Shown piece by piece: positions 44,575 to 57,364 of a DNA stretch of 58,091 nt (positions are counted from its first letter, which is position 1; each line of letters starts with the position of its first letter). The notes below the pieces were generated by a model. It was not told the origin of the DNA. It worked only from the letters and a program-made list of their open reading frames with translations, and searched no databases. The stretch lies in contig CAXHJY010000505.1 in the NCBI GenBank assembly GCA_964016885.1, positions 1-58,091 of the forward strand, written 5' to 3'. The DNA comes from Eledone cirrhosa. Lineage: Eukaryota. The translations under genes and the position numbers were made by a program.

Positions 44575-44678
44575 ATTATATATATATTATATATATATAT
44601 TATATATATATTATATATATATATTATATATATATATATATTATATATTATATATATATATATATATATTATATAATT

Positions 44679-44722
<44 letters not shown>

Positions 44723-44755
44723 ATATATATATATATTATATATATATTATATATA

Positions 44756-44807
<52 letters not shown>

Positions 44808-44811
<4 letters not shown>

Positions 44812-45071
44812 AAGAAAAAGGGATGAAATCGAAAATGCAACTGAAGTCTTATTTTTTTAAAAAATATATATATTTATTTCACAGACCCTCCATCACAACT
44901 CACCTTTTGAAAAGCAGAAGAACTGCGAAACCGGTAAAGGAACCAAATAAATATATATATTTAAAAAAAAAATAAGACTTCAGTTGCATTTTCGATTTCA
45001 TCCCTTTTTCTTTATACTTCCACTCGTGTAGGACACCTCGGTTATTTTTCATTTTGTAAAAAAAACCTCAC

Positions 45072-45078
<7 letters not shown>
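44808..45078 (+). mobile_element. Mini Penelope-like element: ~70-bp inverted repeats around a hammerhead, plus a 3' extension
   Basis: Arms 44808-44879 and 44945-45016; hammerhead in the spacer; ~60-bp one-sided tail. Confidence 0.8.
44903..44940 (+). ncRNA. Minimal type I hammerhead ribozyme (U3-A8 variant)
   Basis: CCTT-TTGAAAA-GCAG-aagaa-CTGC-GAAA-CCGG-TA-AAGG; stems I and II perfect, palindromic stem III. Confidence 0.85.
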
Positions 45079-45113
<35 letters not shown>

Positions 45114-45114
<1 letters not shown>

Positions 45115-45453
45115 CATCATCATCATCATCATCATCATTTTACGTCGGCTTTTTCCCTGCTTGCAAGGGTGGGACGGGAACTGATACTGGCTTGATTTCT
45201 ACAGCTGGATGCCCTTCCTAACACCAACCTCATTTACAGTGAGTGCTGGGTGCTTTTTTGCCGTGGCACCTCCACGACCACTTTGCAGTGGAATGATAGG
45301 GACCCCAGTCCCTATCATCTCATTTCTACAGCTGAGTAAACTGGAGCAATGTGAAATAAAGTGTCTTGCTCAAGGAAACAACACATCACCCGGTCTGAGA
45401 ATTGAACTCACAACCTTTCGATTGCAAACCCAGTGCTCTAACCACTAAGCCAT
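45114..45453 (-). mobile_element. tRNA-CORE-RTE SINE, second copy
   Basis: Near-identical to 7774-8112. Confidence 0.85.
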
Positions 45454-45518
45454 ATTATATATATATATATATTATATATATATATATATTATATATATAT
45501 ATAATATATATAATATAT

Positions 45519-46840
45519 ACTCTACTTGGCATTTGTCTCAAGGTCGACAAATGCCAAGTAGAGTGGCTTACTTTTAGCTAGGTACTTTTCCTGTAATTGC
45601 CTCACAAGGAAGAGGGCATCAGTGGTGCCTGTACCAGGGAGAGGCACCACTGATGCCCTCTTCCTAGTGAGGCAATTACAGGAAAAGTACCTAGCTAAAA
45701 GTAAGCCACTCTACTTGGCATTTGTCGACCTTGAGAAAGCCTTTGACAGAGTTCCACGTGCAGTAATCTGGTGGGCTCTTAGAAAACTAGGAGTAGATGA
45801 ATGGCTTGTGAAAGCGGTACAAGCCATGTATAGGGGAGCAGTCAGCAAAGTTAGGATTGGCAATGAGTATAGCGAGGAATTTAGCGTACAGGTTGGGGTC
45901 CACCAGGGCTCTGTTCTTAGCCCTCTCCTGTTCATCATAGTCCTGCAGGCAATAACGGAGGAGTTTAAGACCGGATGCCCATGGGAACTCCTGTATGCTG
46001 ATGACCTCGCACTCATAGCTGAATCTATGGTAGAACTAGAGAATAAATTCCAAACCTGGAAGCAGGGACTAGAGAGAAAGGGCCTCAAAGTCAACATGAC
46101 AAAGACTAAGGTCCTTATAAGTAGACGAGAAAACAGAACCCAGATCCCCTCAGGGAAATGGCCTTGCTCAGTATGTAGGAAAGAGAAACAAAGCCTGCAT
46201 GCTCCGATGGATGTGTAACAGTAATATACATGAACGACAAAGCATAAAGGAATTGAGAGAGAGACTGAGCATAAGAGGAATCAAATGCTGTGTGCAGGAG
46301 AGGCGGTTACGCTGGTATGGACATGTGATGCGTATGAAGGATGACAGCTGCATAAAAAGGTGCAGAGCACTAGAAGTTGATAGAAACCGCGGAGTGGGGA
46401 GACCCAAGATGACTTGGGATGAGGTGATAAAAGCCGACCTTACCCAACTACACCTCTCAAAGTCAATGACACACGACCGTGACTTCTGGCGTCACGCAGT
46501 AATACAGGGTACCCGACCTCCCATGGGTACATGCTGAAGCATATAAACAATATGCCCCCCCCCCCCCCCACCGCAAGGTGGTCGTGGAGGAGCCACGGCA
46601 AAAAAGCACCCAGCCCACACTGTAAAGTGGACGTGTAGGCCCCACGAAAAAGCACCCAGCACTCACTGTAAATGAGGTTGGTGTTAGGAAGGGCATCCAG
46701 CTGTAGAAATCAAGCCAGATCAGTTCCTGTATGAGCAAGGCATGGTCAGCCGACCAGACACTGCCCACAACAGGACAACCCGTCTAACCCATGCTAGCGT
46801 GGAAGAACGGACGTAAAACGGTGATGATGATGATGATGAT
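45519..46840 (+). mobile_element. RTE family B, 5'-truncated, with 5' inverted duplication and ~420-bp internal deletion
   Basis: 45537-45630 is the reverse complement of 45642-45735; the junction at ~46183 skips the equivalent of ~51501-51919. Confidence 0.9.
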
Positions 46841-46865
46841 ATTATATATAATATATATATATATA

Positions 46866-49146
46866 TTTCTCGATTCTTCTCTCCATTCGAACCCATTCAT
46901 TCAATCACTTCTATGTCCTAAATTCACACTATATCATATTTTCACCATTCTATATCATATCTTTTCTCTAAAAATCATATTTTCCCTATCACCGCATTTT
47001 CTCTATCGTAATTTCTTAAACAAAACAAATCTTGTATTTTCGTTTATTGTTAAATCATGCCCAAAATACGGCGATCTTATCTTAAACCTTACATTCTCGC
47101 TAACAACCCATCATCCCTCCCTCCTCGCCCCCACACACCACCATTATTACGTGGACCAATCATAAGTCAGAGGCCCATACTATCGCTTAACTGGTTGCTT
47201 TTCGATATGATGGATGGACTACGGAATTCTGGAGAGTTGAAGAGAGAAAAATGTGGACGCTCAGCGACAATGCCAAAGATAAAGCCAAATTCACCTCGTG
47301 GACGAGAATGCAAGCACTCCTCCTTGTTTCGGCCCAGGATGGCTAACATAACCCCATCCCCCCCCCGCGCCCCACCGCTCCCACCCTCCAAACGCAATCC
47401 AAAACTTCAGAGTTGGTACCATGAATGTAGGCACCTTAAAGGGTCGCTCTAACGAGGTTGTAGAAATGCTTGAACGTAAGGAGGTCGATGTTTGTTGTAT
47501 TCAAGAGACCAGGTGGAGGGGAGGGTCGGCTAGATTCATCGTGGGTAAAGAGCGATGCTATAAGCTTTTCTGGGTGGGAAATGACAATGGGTTAGGTGGG
47601 GTAGGAATCATGGTAGCAGAAAAGTGGGCAGATAAGATAATAGACGTAAATAGAGTGAACGACAGAATAATTAAAATAAGACTTGTCCTCAATAAAACTA
47701 CGGTGACAGTAATATCTGCGTACGCACCCCAATCCGGACTGCCCCGCGCTATAAAAGACAGATTCTACGAGACACTGATGCTCGCTACCTCCCAAATAAC
47801 CGACAGTGACTATATAGTTATTGCAGGCGACCTAAATGGTCACGTTGGACAACATTGTGACGGCTATGACGGAATCCATGGAGGCTATGGGTTCGGTACT
47901 AGAAATGAGGAAGGCTCCAGAATCCTGGAATTCTGCGACGCAAATAACTTAACTATCTGTAACACTAACTTCAAAAAACGAGACAATCACTTGATCACCT
48001 ATAGATCGGGGGAACACACAAGCCAGGTAGATTATATCCTTACCAGAAGACGTGACAGAGTGTCTGTTGTTAACACTAAATCCCACCCCCATGAAGAATT
48101 CACCTCCCAACATAGACTGATAATTAGCGACCTCATAGTCAGGACGAGACGTACTAGACAGCGGAAGAGGACTATCCTCAGGAGAAAAATATGGAAGCTA
48201 AAGGACCCCATAGCCAGAAATAAATTTCAAAGCAAATTACTTGACGCTTTCGACAGTAAGGAAGAGCAATTAGAGTCGTATAATATAGAGGAACAGTGGG
48301 AATTCCTGAGAGCAAACCTGCTGACGGCGGCAGACGAAGTCTGTGGCTGGAGCAGGCCTGTAGGTAGGAGGAGAGTAACATGGTGGTGGAACAGTAAGGT
48401 GGAGGAGTCAATTAAGGCCAAAAAGCAGGCTTGGAAAGTATGGCGGGATGGGGGAAGTAGAGAAGACTATCAAGTGGCCAGGAGGGAAGCTAGGAGACAA
48501 GTGTACTTCGCAAGAAGGGAAGCAGAGGAAAGAAAGTTCAAGCATGTTCTACAACGTGAGGACCAAAAACGTGAGGTGTTCAGGATTGCCAGGCAATGTG
48601 TCAAGGAAAACCGTGATATTGTCGGGGAGAAGTGTCTACTAAACGACGATGGCATACTTGCCATCACCGACGCTGATAAGAAGGTAGCTTGGAAGTGTCA
48701 CTACGAAAGGCTTCTAAATGAGGAGAACAAATGGGAGAAAGACAGTCTCCCCCAGATCGATCCAATAGAGGGACCAGCAGTGTTAGTTGAAGGTAGTATA
48801 ATAAGTAAGGCAATCAAAGATATGAAGACGGGTAAGGCGGCTGGGCCTTCGGAAATAGTTGCTGAGATGCTGAAGGCATCTGGTTCGGTGGGACACACCA
48901 TGGTCACCCGGATAGTTAACCAAGTCGTACAGAATGGGGTTGTTCCGAAGGAATGGCGTAGCAGCATCATCGTTAACTGCTATAAGGGAAAAGGAGATGC
49001 CCTAGATAGGAGTAACTATAGAGGCATTAAATTAATCGACCAGGTCATGAAGGTCACGGAAAAAGTAATAGCGCAACTAATCAGAGAGAGAATTGATCTA
49101 GATGAAATGCAGTTCGGGTTTGTGTCAGGCAAAAGTACCACAGACG
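46866..49146 (+). mobile_element. RTE family A (diverged subfamily), 5' half
   Basis: 5' UTR, then MPKIKPN start with a frameshift in the C-rich tract; APE and RT up to ...SGKSTTD, where it is interrupted. Confidence 0.92.
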
Positions 49147-52100
49147 AGCTACCAAGCACCCACGAGCTACCAAGCACCCACGTGAAGCGCCAACCCAGAG
49201 ACCCTCCCCTACGAGTGTCGACAAATGCCCAAAACTCCGAGTTGGTACCATCAATGTAGGCTCAATGAAAGGAAGAGCAGGAGAAATCGTAGAAATGCTA
49301 GAGCGAAAGGAAGTTGATGTATGCTGTGTGCAAGAGACTAGATGGAGAGGAGGGTCTGCTAGAGTCCTTGTAGGAAAAAGCCAGTGCTACAAATTTTTCT
49401 GGGTGGGAAATGACGATGGGATGGGTGGTGTAGGTATACTATTAGCTGACAAGTGGGTAGATAAAGTAATCTCAGTGTACAGGGTAAATGCAAGAATCAT
49501 TAAACTCAGACTAGTCCTGAATAAGACAATTACCACAATAATATCAGCTTACGCACCCCAATCGGGGCTGCCAGACGAACTTAAGGATAGGTTTTACGAG
49601 TCCCTAATACACACTACTGCTCTAACAGACGACAAGGACTTCCTAATCATTGCAGGAGATTTTAACGGACACGTAGGTAAACACTGCGACGGCTTCAATA
49701 GAGTACATGGAGGCCATGGAGTTGGCACAAGGAATGAGGAAGGATTCAGACTTCTAGAATTCTGCGACGCCAATGACATGTCGATATGTAACACAAACTT
49801 TAAAAAACCCGACAACCACCTGATCACCTATAGATCAGGGGAGCACTCTAGTCAGTTAGATTTTATCCTCATCAGAGGACGTGACAGATGGACGGTCGTA
49901 AACACAAAAGCCTTCCCTAGTGAGGAATGTACATCCCAACATAGCTTAGTTGTCAGCGACCTCACGGTCAGAACTAGACGAGCCCTGAAACAGAGGCCAA
50001 CCTGGAGAAGAAAGATCTGGAAGCTGAAAGTCCCCTCAACCAGTAACAGATTTAAAGATATTTTACTCAACGCCTACGACAGTAAAGAAGAACAGATAGA
50101 GACATTTAACGTAGAAGAGAACTGGGAGTTCCTAAAAAATAACTTACTAGAGGCGACGGATGAGGTTTGTGGCTGGAGTAAGACCTCAAGCAGGAGGAGA
50201 GTGACTTGGTGGTGGAACAATAAGGTAGATGAAGCAGTCAAGGCCAAGAGACAGGCATGGAAAGAATGGAAGAACGGGGGGAGCAGGGTACATTACATAG
50301 AGACCAAGAGGGAAGCTAGGCGACAAGTATACTTAGCTAGGAGGGAAGCAGAGGATAGAAAATTCAAGCATGTTTTACAACGTGAGGACCAGAAACAGGA
50401 GGTATTCAAGATTGCGAGGCAGTGTGTCAGAGATAGTTGTGATGTCATTGGAGAGAAGTGTATCCGGAATGATAAAGGTGAGCTTGCCCTCACAAGTGCT
50501 GAGAAGAAAGATGCATGGAAGAGTCATTATGATAGATTACTAAATGAGGAGAATGCATGGGAAGAAGAGACCCTACCCCACGTAGACCCTATAGAGGGAC
50601 CAGCAGTACAAGTCAGCGGCAGCGTAGTAAGTAAGGCAATCAGAGATATGAAGATAGGGAAGGCAACCGGTCCATCGGGTATAGCTGCCGAGATGCTGAA
50701 GGCATCTGGGTCTGTAGGTCACACTATAACCACACGTATCGTTAACCAGGTAATACTAGAGGGGGCCATACCAAAAGATTGGTGCAGTAGCATCATCGTC
50801 AACTGCTACAAAGGTAAAGGCGATGCACTAGATAGAGGAAACTATAGAGGTATAAAGTTGATGGACCAGGTCATGAAAGTAACAGAAAGAGTTATAGCAC
50901 AGCTGATTAGGGACCGGGTGAATATAGACGAGATGCAATTTGGGTTTGTACCAGGGAAAGGCACCACTGATGCGCTCTTCCTTGTGAGGCAATTACAGGA
51001 AAAGTACCTAGCTAAAAGTAAGCCACTCTACTTGGCATTTGTCGACCTTGAGAAAGCCTTTGACAGAGTTCCACGTGCAGTAATCTGGTGGGCTCTTAGA
51101 AAACTAGGAGTAGATGAATGGCTTGTGAAAGCGGTACAAGCCATGTATAGGGGAGCAGTCAGCAAAGTTAGGATTGGCAATGAGTATAGCGAGGAATTTA
51201 GCGTACAGGTTGGGGTCCACCAGGGCTCTGTTCTTAGCCCTCTCCTGTTCATCATAGTCCTGCAGGCAATAACGGAGGAGTTTAAGACCGGATGCCCATG
51301 GGAACTCCTGTATGCTGATGACCTCGCACTCATAGCTGAATCTATGGTAGAACTAGAGAATAAATTCCAAACCTGGAAGCAGGGACTAGAGAGAAAGGGC
51401 CTCAAAGTCAACATGACAAAGACTAAGGTCCTTATAAGTAGACGAGAAAACAGAACCCAGATCCCCTCAGGGAAATGGCCTTGCTCAGTATGTAGGAAAG
51501 GTGTAGGTAGGAACTCCATTCTTTGCCCCAAATGCAAACAATGGGTACACAAGAGATGTAGCGGGATCTCAGGAAGCTTAATTAAGAATGTAGGATTCAC
51601 ATGCAGCAGCTGTGCTGAAACAGCAAGCAAACAGCCACAGGAAACAAGTACCACCAATCTCTGGGAGGGCCCTGTAGAAACAGTAGACAGCTTCTGCTAC
51701 CTAGGTGACCGAATTAGCAACGGAGGTGGGTGCTCAGAAAGTACAATAACTAGGGTAAGAACGGGATGGAAGAAGTTTAGGGAACTACTACCACTGCTAG
51801 CTGCAAAAGGCTTCTCCCTCAGAATGAAAGGCAGACTGTATGATGCGTGTATCCGAACAGCGATGTTGCATGGTAGTGAGACCTGGGCGCTGAAGGTGGA
51901 AGACTTACGTAGATTAGAGAGAAACGAAGCCTGCATGCTCCGATGGATGTGTAACAGTAATATACGTGAACGACAAAGCATAAATGAATTGAGAGAGAGA
52001 CTGAGCATAAGAGGAATCAAATGCTGCGTGCAGGAGAGGCGGTTACGCTGGTATGGACATGTGATGCGTATGAAGGATGACAGCTGCATAAAAAGGTGCA

Positions 52101-52582
52101 GAGCACTAGAAGTTGATGGAAACCGCGGAGTGGGGAGACCCAAGATGACTTGGGATGAGGTGATAAAAGCCGACCTTACCCAACTACACCTCTCAAAGTC
52201 AATGACACACGACCGTGACTTCTGGCGTCACGCAGTAATACAGGGTACCCGACCTCCCATGGGTACATGCTGAAGCATATAAACAATATGCCCCCCCCCC
52301 CCCCCCCCCCCCACCGCAAGGTGGTCGTGGAGGTGCCACGGCAAAAAAGCACCCAGCCCACACTGTAAAGTGGACGTGTAGGCGCCACGAAAAAGCACCC
52401 AGCACTCACTGTAAATGAGGTTGGTGTTAGGAAGGGCATCCAGCTGTAGAAATCAAGCCAGATCAGTTCCTGTATGAGCAAGGCATGGTCAGCCGACCAG
52501 ACACTGCCCACAACAGGACAACCCGTCTAACCCATGCTAGCGTGGAAGAACGGACGTAAAACGGTGATGATGATGATGATGA
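49147..52582 (+). mobile_element. RTE family B nested inside the family A copy
   Basis: Host sequence resumes at GACGCTC after the (GAT)n tail; 18-bp tandem duplication at the 5' junction. Confidence 0.95.
49265..52273 (+). CDS. RTE-B APE-RT with internal PHD finger (1002 aa; true start probably lost upstream)
   Basis: Uninterrupted ORF with all APE and RT motifs; frame stays open upstream through LRVGTINVGS. Confidence 0.92.
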   Translation: MKGRAGEIVEMLERKEVDVCCVQETRWRGGSARVLVGKSQCYKFFWVGNDDGMGGVGILLADKWVDKVISVYRVNARIIKLRLVLNKTITTIISAYAPQSGLPDELKDRFYESLIHTTALTDDKDFLIIAGDFNGHVGKHCDGFNRVHGGHGVGTRNEEGFRLLEFCDANDMSICNTNFKKPDNHLITYRSGEHSSQLDFILIRGRDRWTVVNTKAFPSEECTSQHSLVVSDLTVRTRRALKQRPTWRRKIWKLKVPSTSNRFKDILLNAYDSKEEQIETFNVEENWEFLKNNLLEATDEVCGWSKTSSRRRVTWWWNNKVDEAVKAKRQAWKEWKNGGSRVHYIETKREARRQVYLARREAEDRKFKHVLQREDQKQEVFKIARQCVRDSCDVIGEKCIRNDKGELALTSAEKKDAWKSHYDRLLNEENAWEEETLPHVDPIEGPAVQVSGSVVSKAIRDMKIGKATGPSGIAAEMLKASGSVGHTITTRIVNQVILEGAIPKDWCSSIIVNCYKGKGDALDRGNYRGIKLMDQVMKVTERVIAQLIRDRVNIDEMQFGFVPGKGTTDALFLVRQLQEKYLAKSKPLYLAFVDLEKAFDRVPRAVIWWALRKLGVDEWLVKAVQAMYRGAVSKVRIGNEYSEEFSVQVGVHQGSVLSPLLFIIVLQAITEEFKTGCPWELLYADDLALIAESMVELENKFQTWKQGLERKGLKVNMTKTKVLISRRENRTQIPSGKWPCSVCRKGVGRNSILCPKCKQWVHKRCSGISGSLIKNVGFTCSSCAETASKQPQETSTTNLWEGPVETVDSFCYLGDRISNGGGCSESTITRVRTGWKKFRELLPLLAAKGFSLRMKGRLYDACIRTAMLHGSETWALKVEDLRRLERNEACMLRWMCNSNIRERQSINELRERLSIRGIKCCVQERRLRWYGHVMRMKDDSCIKRCRALEVDGNRGVGRPKMTWDEVIKADLTQLHLSKSMTHDRDFWRHAVIQGTRPPMGTC

Positions 52583-54391
52583 TGACGCTCTTTTCATTGT
52601 ACGACAACTACAGGAGAAGTACCTAGCTAAAAGTAAACCCCTATACTTAGCTTTTGTCGACTTGGAGAAAGCCTTCGACAGAGTCCACCGTTCCATTATC
52701 TGGTGGTCTCTTAGAAAACTAGGTGTTGACGAATGGCTTGTGAGAGCTATACAAGCCATGTATAAAGAAACAGTCAGTAAGGTTAGAATTAACAACGAAT
52801 ATAGTGAAGAGTTTAGCGTAAAAGTTGGTGTCCATCAGGGCTCTGTACTTAGCCCCCTACTATTTATTATTGCCCTTCAGGCTATAACAGAGGAGTTCAA
52901 GACCGGCTGCCCATGGGAACTCCTATACGCAGATGATCTAACGCTCATAGCTGAATCAATGACCGAACTAGAGAAGAAATTCCAAACGTGGAAGCACGGC
53001 CTAGAATCAAAAGGCCTTAAAATTAACCTGGCTAAGACTAAAGTTCTAGTTTGTAGGAAAGAAAATAAGGCGGCGGTCCCATCGGGGAAATGGCCATGCT
53101 CAGTGTGTAGGAAAGACGTAGGTAGAAACTCCATTTTATGTCCCAAATGCAAAGTATGGGTGCATAAAAGATGTAGTGGGATCACAGGTAAGCTAACTAA
53201 GAACATAGATTTTACATGTGGCCGGTGCTCTGGTGCAATAAGTAGCAGCAAGTGCCCACAAAATACTAGCTCCTTCAACTGCGCAGAGGGTTCTATAGAA
53301 ATAGTGGACAGCTTCCGTTATCTGGGTGACAAAATCAGCAGTGGGGGAGGGTGCTCTGAAAGTACAGTAGCTAGAGTCAGAACTGGATGGAAAAAGTTCA
53401 GAGAGCTTATACCACTATTAGCCGCTAGAGGGTTCTCCCTAAAAATGAAAGGCAGGTTATACGATGCCTGCATACGAACAGCAATGCTGCATGGCAGTGA
53501 GACCTGGGCATTGTGTGCAGAGGATATACGCAGACTAGAGAGGAACGAAGCTTGCATGCTCCGCTGGATGTGCAATAGTAATATACGTGAACGGCAAAGC
53601 ATAAACGAACTAAGGAAAAAATTAGAAATAAGAGGGATCAGATGTTGTTTACTCGAGAGAAGGCTACGTTGGTACGGTCACGTGATGCGCATGAAAGACG
53701 ACAGCTGTATAACAAAGTGCAGGGCAATAAAGATAGACGGTAGCCACGGAGTAGGCAGACCCAGAAAAACATGGGACGAGCTGATAAATTCCGACCTCAC
53801 ACGCTTACACCTCTCCAAGACAATGTCACTGGACCGAGACCTTTGGCGGTACTCAGTAATAGAGAAGACCCGCCTTACCTAAATACAAAGTAAAAACCTA
53901 CTACAGTCAGTAGGCACCTCTATCAAAACACACCCCCGTCCCACCACCTCCACCCCACCCACACCGCCCCTTTCAATGTAAAGTTATGTTGGTCCCACAA
54001 CATCCAGGCCGAAACAAATGAGATCGTGTAGGTGTCACGACAAAAAACACACAGTCCACGCTGTAAATGTGGCCGTGTAGGCAACACGGTAAAAACCTCC
54101 CAGCCCCACACTGTAAATGTGGTTGGTGTTAGGAAGGGCATCCAGCTGTAGAAAACCCGCCAGACAGTCCACGCTGTAATGTGGCCGTGTAGGCAACACG
54201 GTAAAAACCTCCCAGCCCCACACTGTAAATGTGGTTGGTGTTAGGAAGGGCATCCAACTGTAGAAAACCCGCCAGACAGTCCTATGCGAGCAAGACAACC
54301 ACTCTTGCCTCAAGTGGGAAAACCCCCGTCCAAACCCATGCAAGCATGGAACACGGACGCTAAACCTGATGATGATGATGATGATGATGAT
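52583..54391 (+). mobile_element. RTE family A (diverged subfamily), 3' half
   Basis: Continues DALFIVRQLQEKY to EKTRLT; 3' UTR with a 113-bp duplication; (GAT)n tail. Confidence 0.92.
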
Positions 54392-54414
54392 ATATATATT
54401 ATATATATATATTT

Positions 54415-54448
<34 letters not shown>

Positions 54449-54449
54449 A

Positions 54450-54631
54450 CGTTATCCCGGGTTGAATCGGAGGTAACCACAGTAAGTAAGGTACTCAATA
54501 CATAGCAGAGTATAAAAGTTTTAATATAGATGAGATTCTACAGGACTAGAACTGTTTCATTCATTAGAAATCATCATGATTTCTAATGAATGAAACAGTT
54601 CTAGTCCTGTAGAATCTCATCTATATTAAAA
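54450..54631. mobile_element. Short palindromic element (54519-54631, centre 54575) with ~70-bp extension
   Basis: 56-bp perfect arms with a 1-nt spacer. Confidence 0.65.
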
Positions 54632-54674
54632 ATATATTATATATATATTTTATATATTAAATATATATATATTC

Positions 54675-54710
<36 letters not shown>

Positions 54711-54785
54711 ATATATATTATATATATATATAATATATATATTATATATATATATATATAATATATATATTATATATATATATAT

Positions 54786-54878
<93 letters not shown>

Positions 54879-54898
54879 ATATATATATATATATATTT

Positions 54899-54932
<34 letters not shown>

Positions 54933-55284
54933 ATATATTATATATATATATATTATATATATTATATATATATATATTATATATATATATATTATATATA
55001 TATATTATATATATATATTATATATATATATATTATATATATATATATTATATATATATTATATATTATATATTATATATATATATATATATTATATATT
55101 ATATATATATATATTATATATATATATATATTATATATAAATATATATTATATATATATATATATTATATATAAATATATATTATATATATATATATATT
55201 ATATATATATTTATATATTATATATATATATATATATTATATATATATATATTATATATTATATATATATATTATATATTATAT

Positions 55285-55531
55285 TGTTATACTTGGGGGA
55301 GGGTCATATTTGTGTAATATTGCCAGAATTAATAACAGAACACACTCACTGTTTGGTTGGTTTTCGCTTCTCGCTATCTTTTATATCTGCGATCTAACTT
55401 AATCGGTCCTCAATGTTGCCATTGACTGACCGACGGTCCAAAATAATACAGATACAATATAGACACAATACAATATATAAATAAGACAGATACAATATAT
55501 ATAATATATATTATATATTATATATATATAC

Positions 55532-55581
<50 letters not shown>

Positions 55582-55830
55582 TATATTTATATATATATAT
55601 TATATATATATATATATTATATATTATATATATATATATATTATATATTATATATTATATATATATATATATTATATATATTATATATTATATATATATA
55701 TTATATATATATATTATATATATATATTATATATATATATATAATATTATATATATATATATATATTATATATTATATATATATATTATAACGCACTATA
55801 TATCTCTCTCTGGTATGTTACCTTCTCAAC

Positions 55831-55831
<1 letters not shown>
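55285..55831 (-). mobile_element. Probable solo LTR interrupted by (TA)n
   Basis: TGTT...AACA termini, ATAT flanks, TATAAAA followed by a U5-like stretch on the minus strand. Confidence 0.6.
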
Positions 55832-55891
<60 letters not shown>

Positions 55892-55948
55892 ATATATATA
55901 TATATATATTATATATATATATATATTATATATATATTATATATATAT

Positions 55949-55979
<31 letters not shown>

Positions 55980-56107
55980 ATATATATATATATATATTAC
56001 ATATATATATATATATTATATATATATTATATATATATATTATATATATATTATATATATATATATTATATATATATATATATTATATATATATATATAA
56101 TATATAT

Positions 56108-56153
<46 letters not shown>

Positions 56154-56235
56154 ATATATATTATATATATATATATTATATATATATATATATTATATAT
56201 ATATATATATATTATATATATATATATTATATATA

Positions 56236-56292
<57 letters not shown>

Positions 56293-56325
56293 ATTTTATA
56301 TATATATATATATATTATATATATA

Positions 56326-56507
56326 CGTTATTCCGGGTAGAATCAGAGGTAACCACAGTAAGTAAGGTTCTCAATACATAGCAGAGTATAAAAGTTTTAA
56401 TATAGATGAGATTCTACAGGACTAGAACTGTTTCATTCATTAGAAATCATCATGATTTCTAATGAATGAAACAGTTCTGGTCCTGTAGAATCTCATCTAT
56501 ATTAAAA
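56326..56507. mobile_element. Second copy of the short palindromic element (centre 56451)
   Basis: Near-identical to 54450-54631. Confidence 0.65.
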
Positions 56508-56513
56508 ATATAT

Positions 56514-56546
<33 letters not shown>

Positions 56547-56585
56547 ATATATATATATATTCTATATATATATATATAGAGAGAG

Positions 56586-56654
<69 letters not shown>

Positions 56655-56706
56655 AATATATATATTATATATATATATATAATATATATATTATATATAT
56701 ATATAT

Positions 56707-56752
<46 letters not shown>

Positions 56753-57292
56753 ATATATATATATTAAATATATATATATATATATTATATATATATTATA
56801 TATATATATATATTTTATATATATATATATATTATATATATATATATATTATATATATATATATTATATATATTATATATATATATTATATATATATATA
56901 TTATATATATATATATTATATATATATATTATATATTATATATATATATATATTATATATTATATATATATATATATTTTATATATATATATATATTATA
57001 TATATATATATATTATATATATATATATCATATATATTATATATATATATTATATATATATATATTATATATATATATATTATATATATATATATATTAT
57101 ATATATATATATCATATATATTATATATATATATTATATATATATATATTATATATATATATATTATATATATATATTATATATATATATTATATATTAT
57201 ATATATATATATATATTATATATTATATATATATTATATATAAATATATATTATATATATATATATTATATATATATATATATATTATATAT

Positions 57293-57326
<34 letters not shown>

Positions 57327-57364
57327 ATATATTATATATTATATATATATATTATATATTATAT

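Noticed and set aside
46175-46195. Internal deletion in RTE-B as a spliced GT-AG intron
   Set aside because: Poor donor, GAG acceptor without a pyrimidine tract; AG microhomology explains the junction
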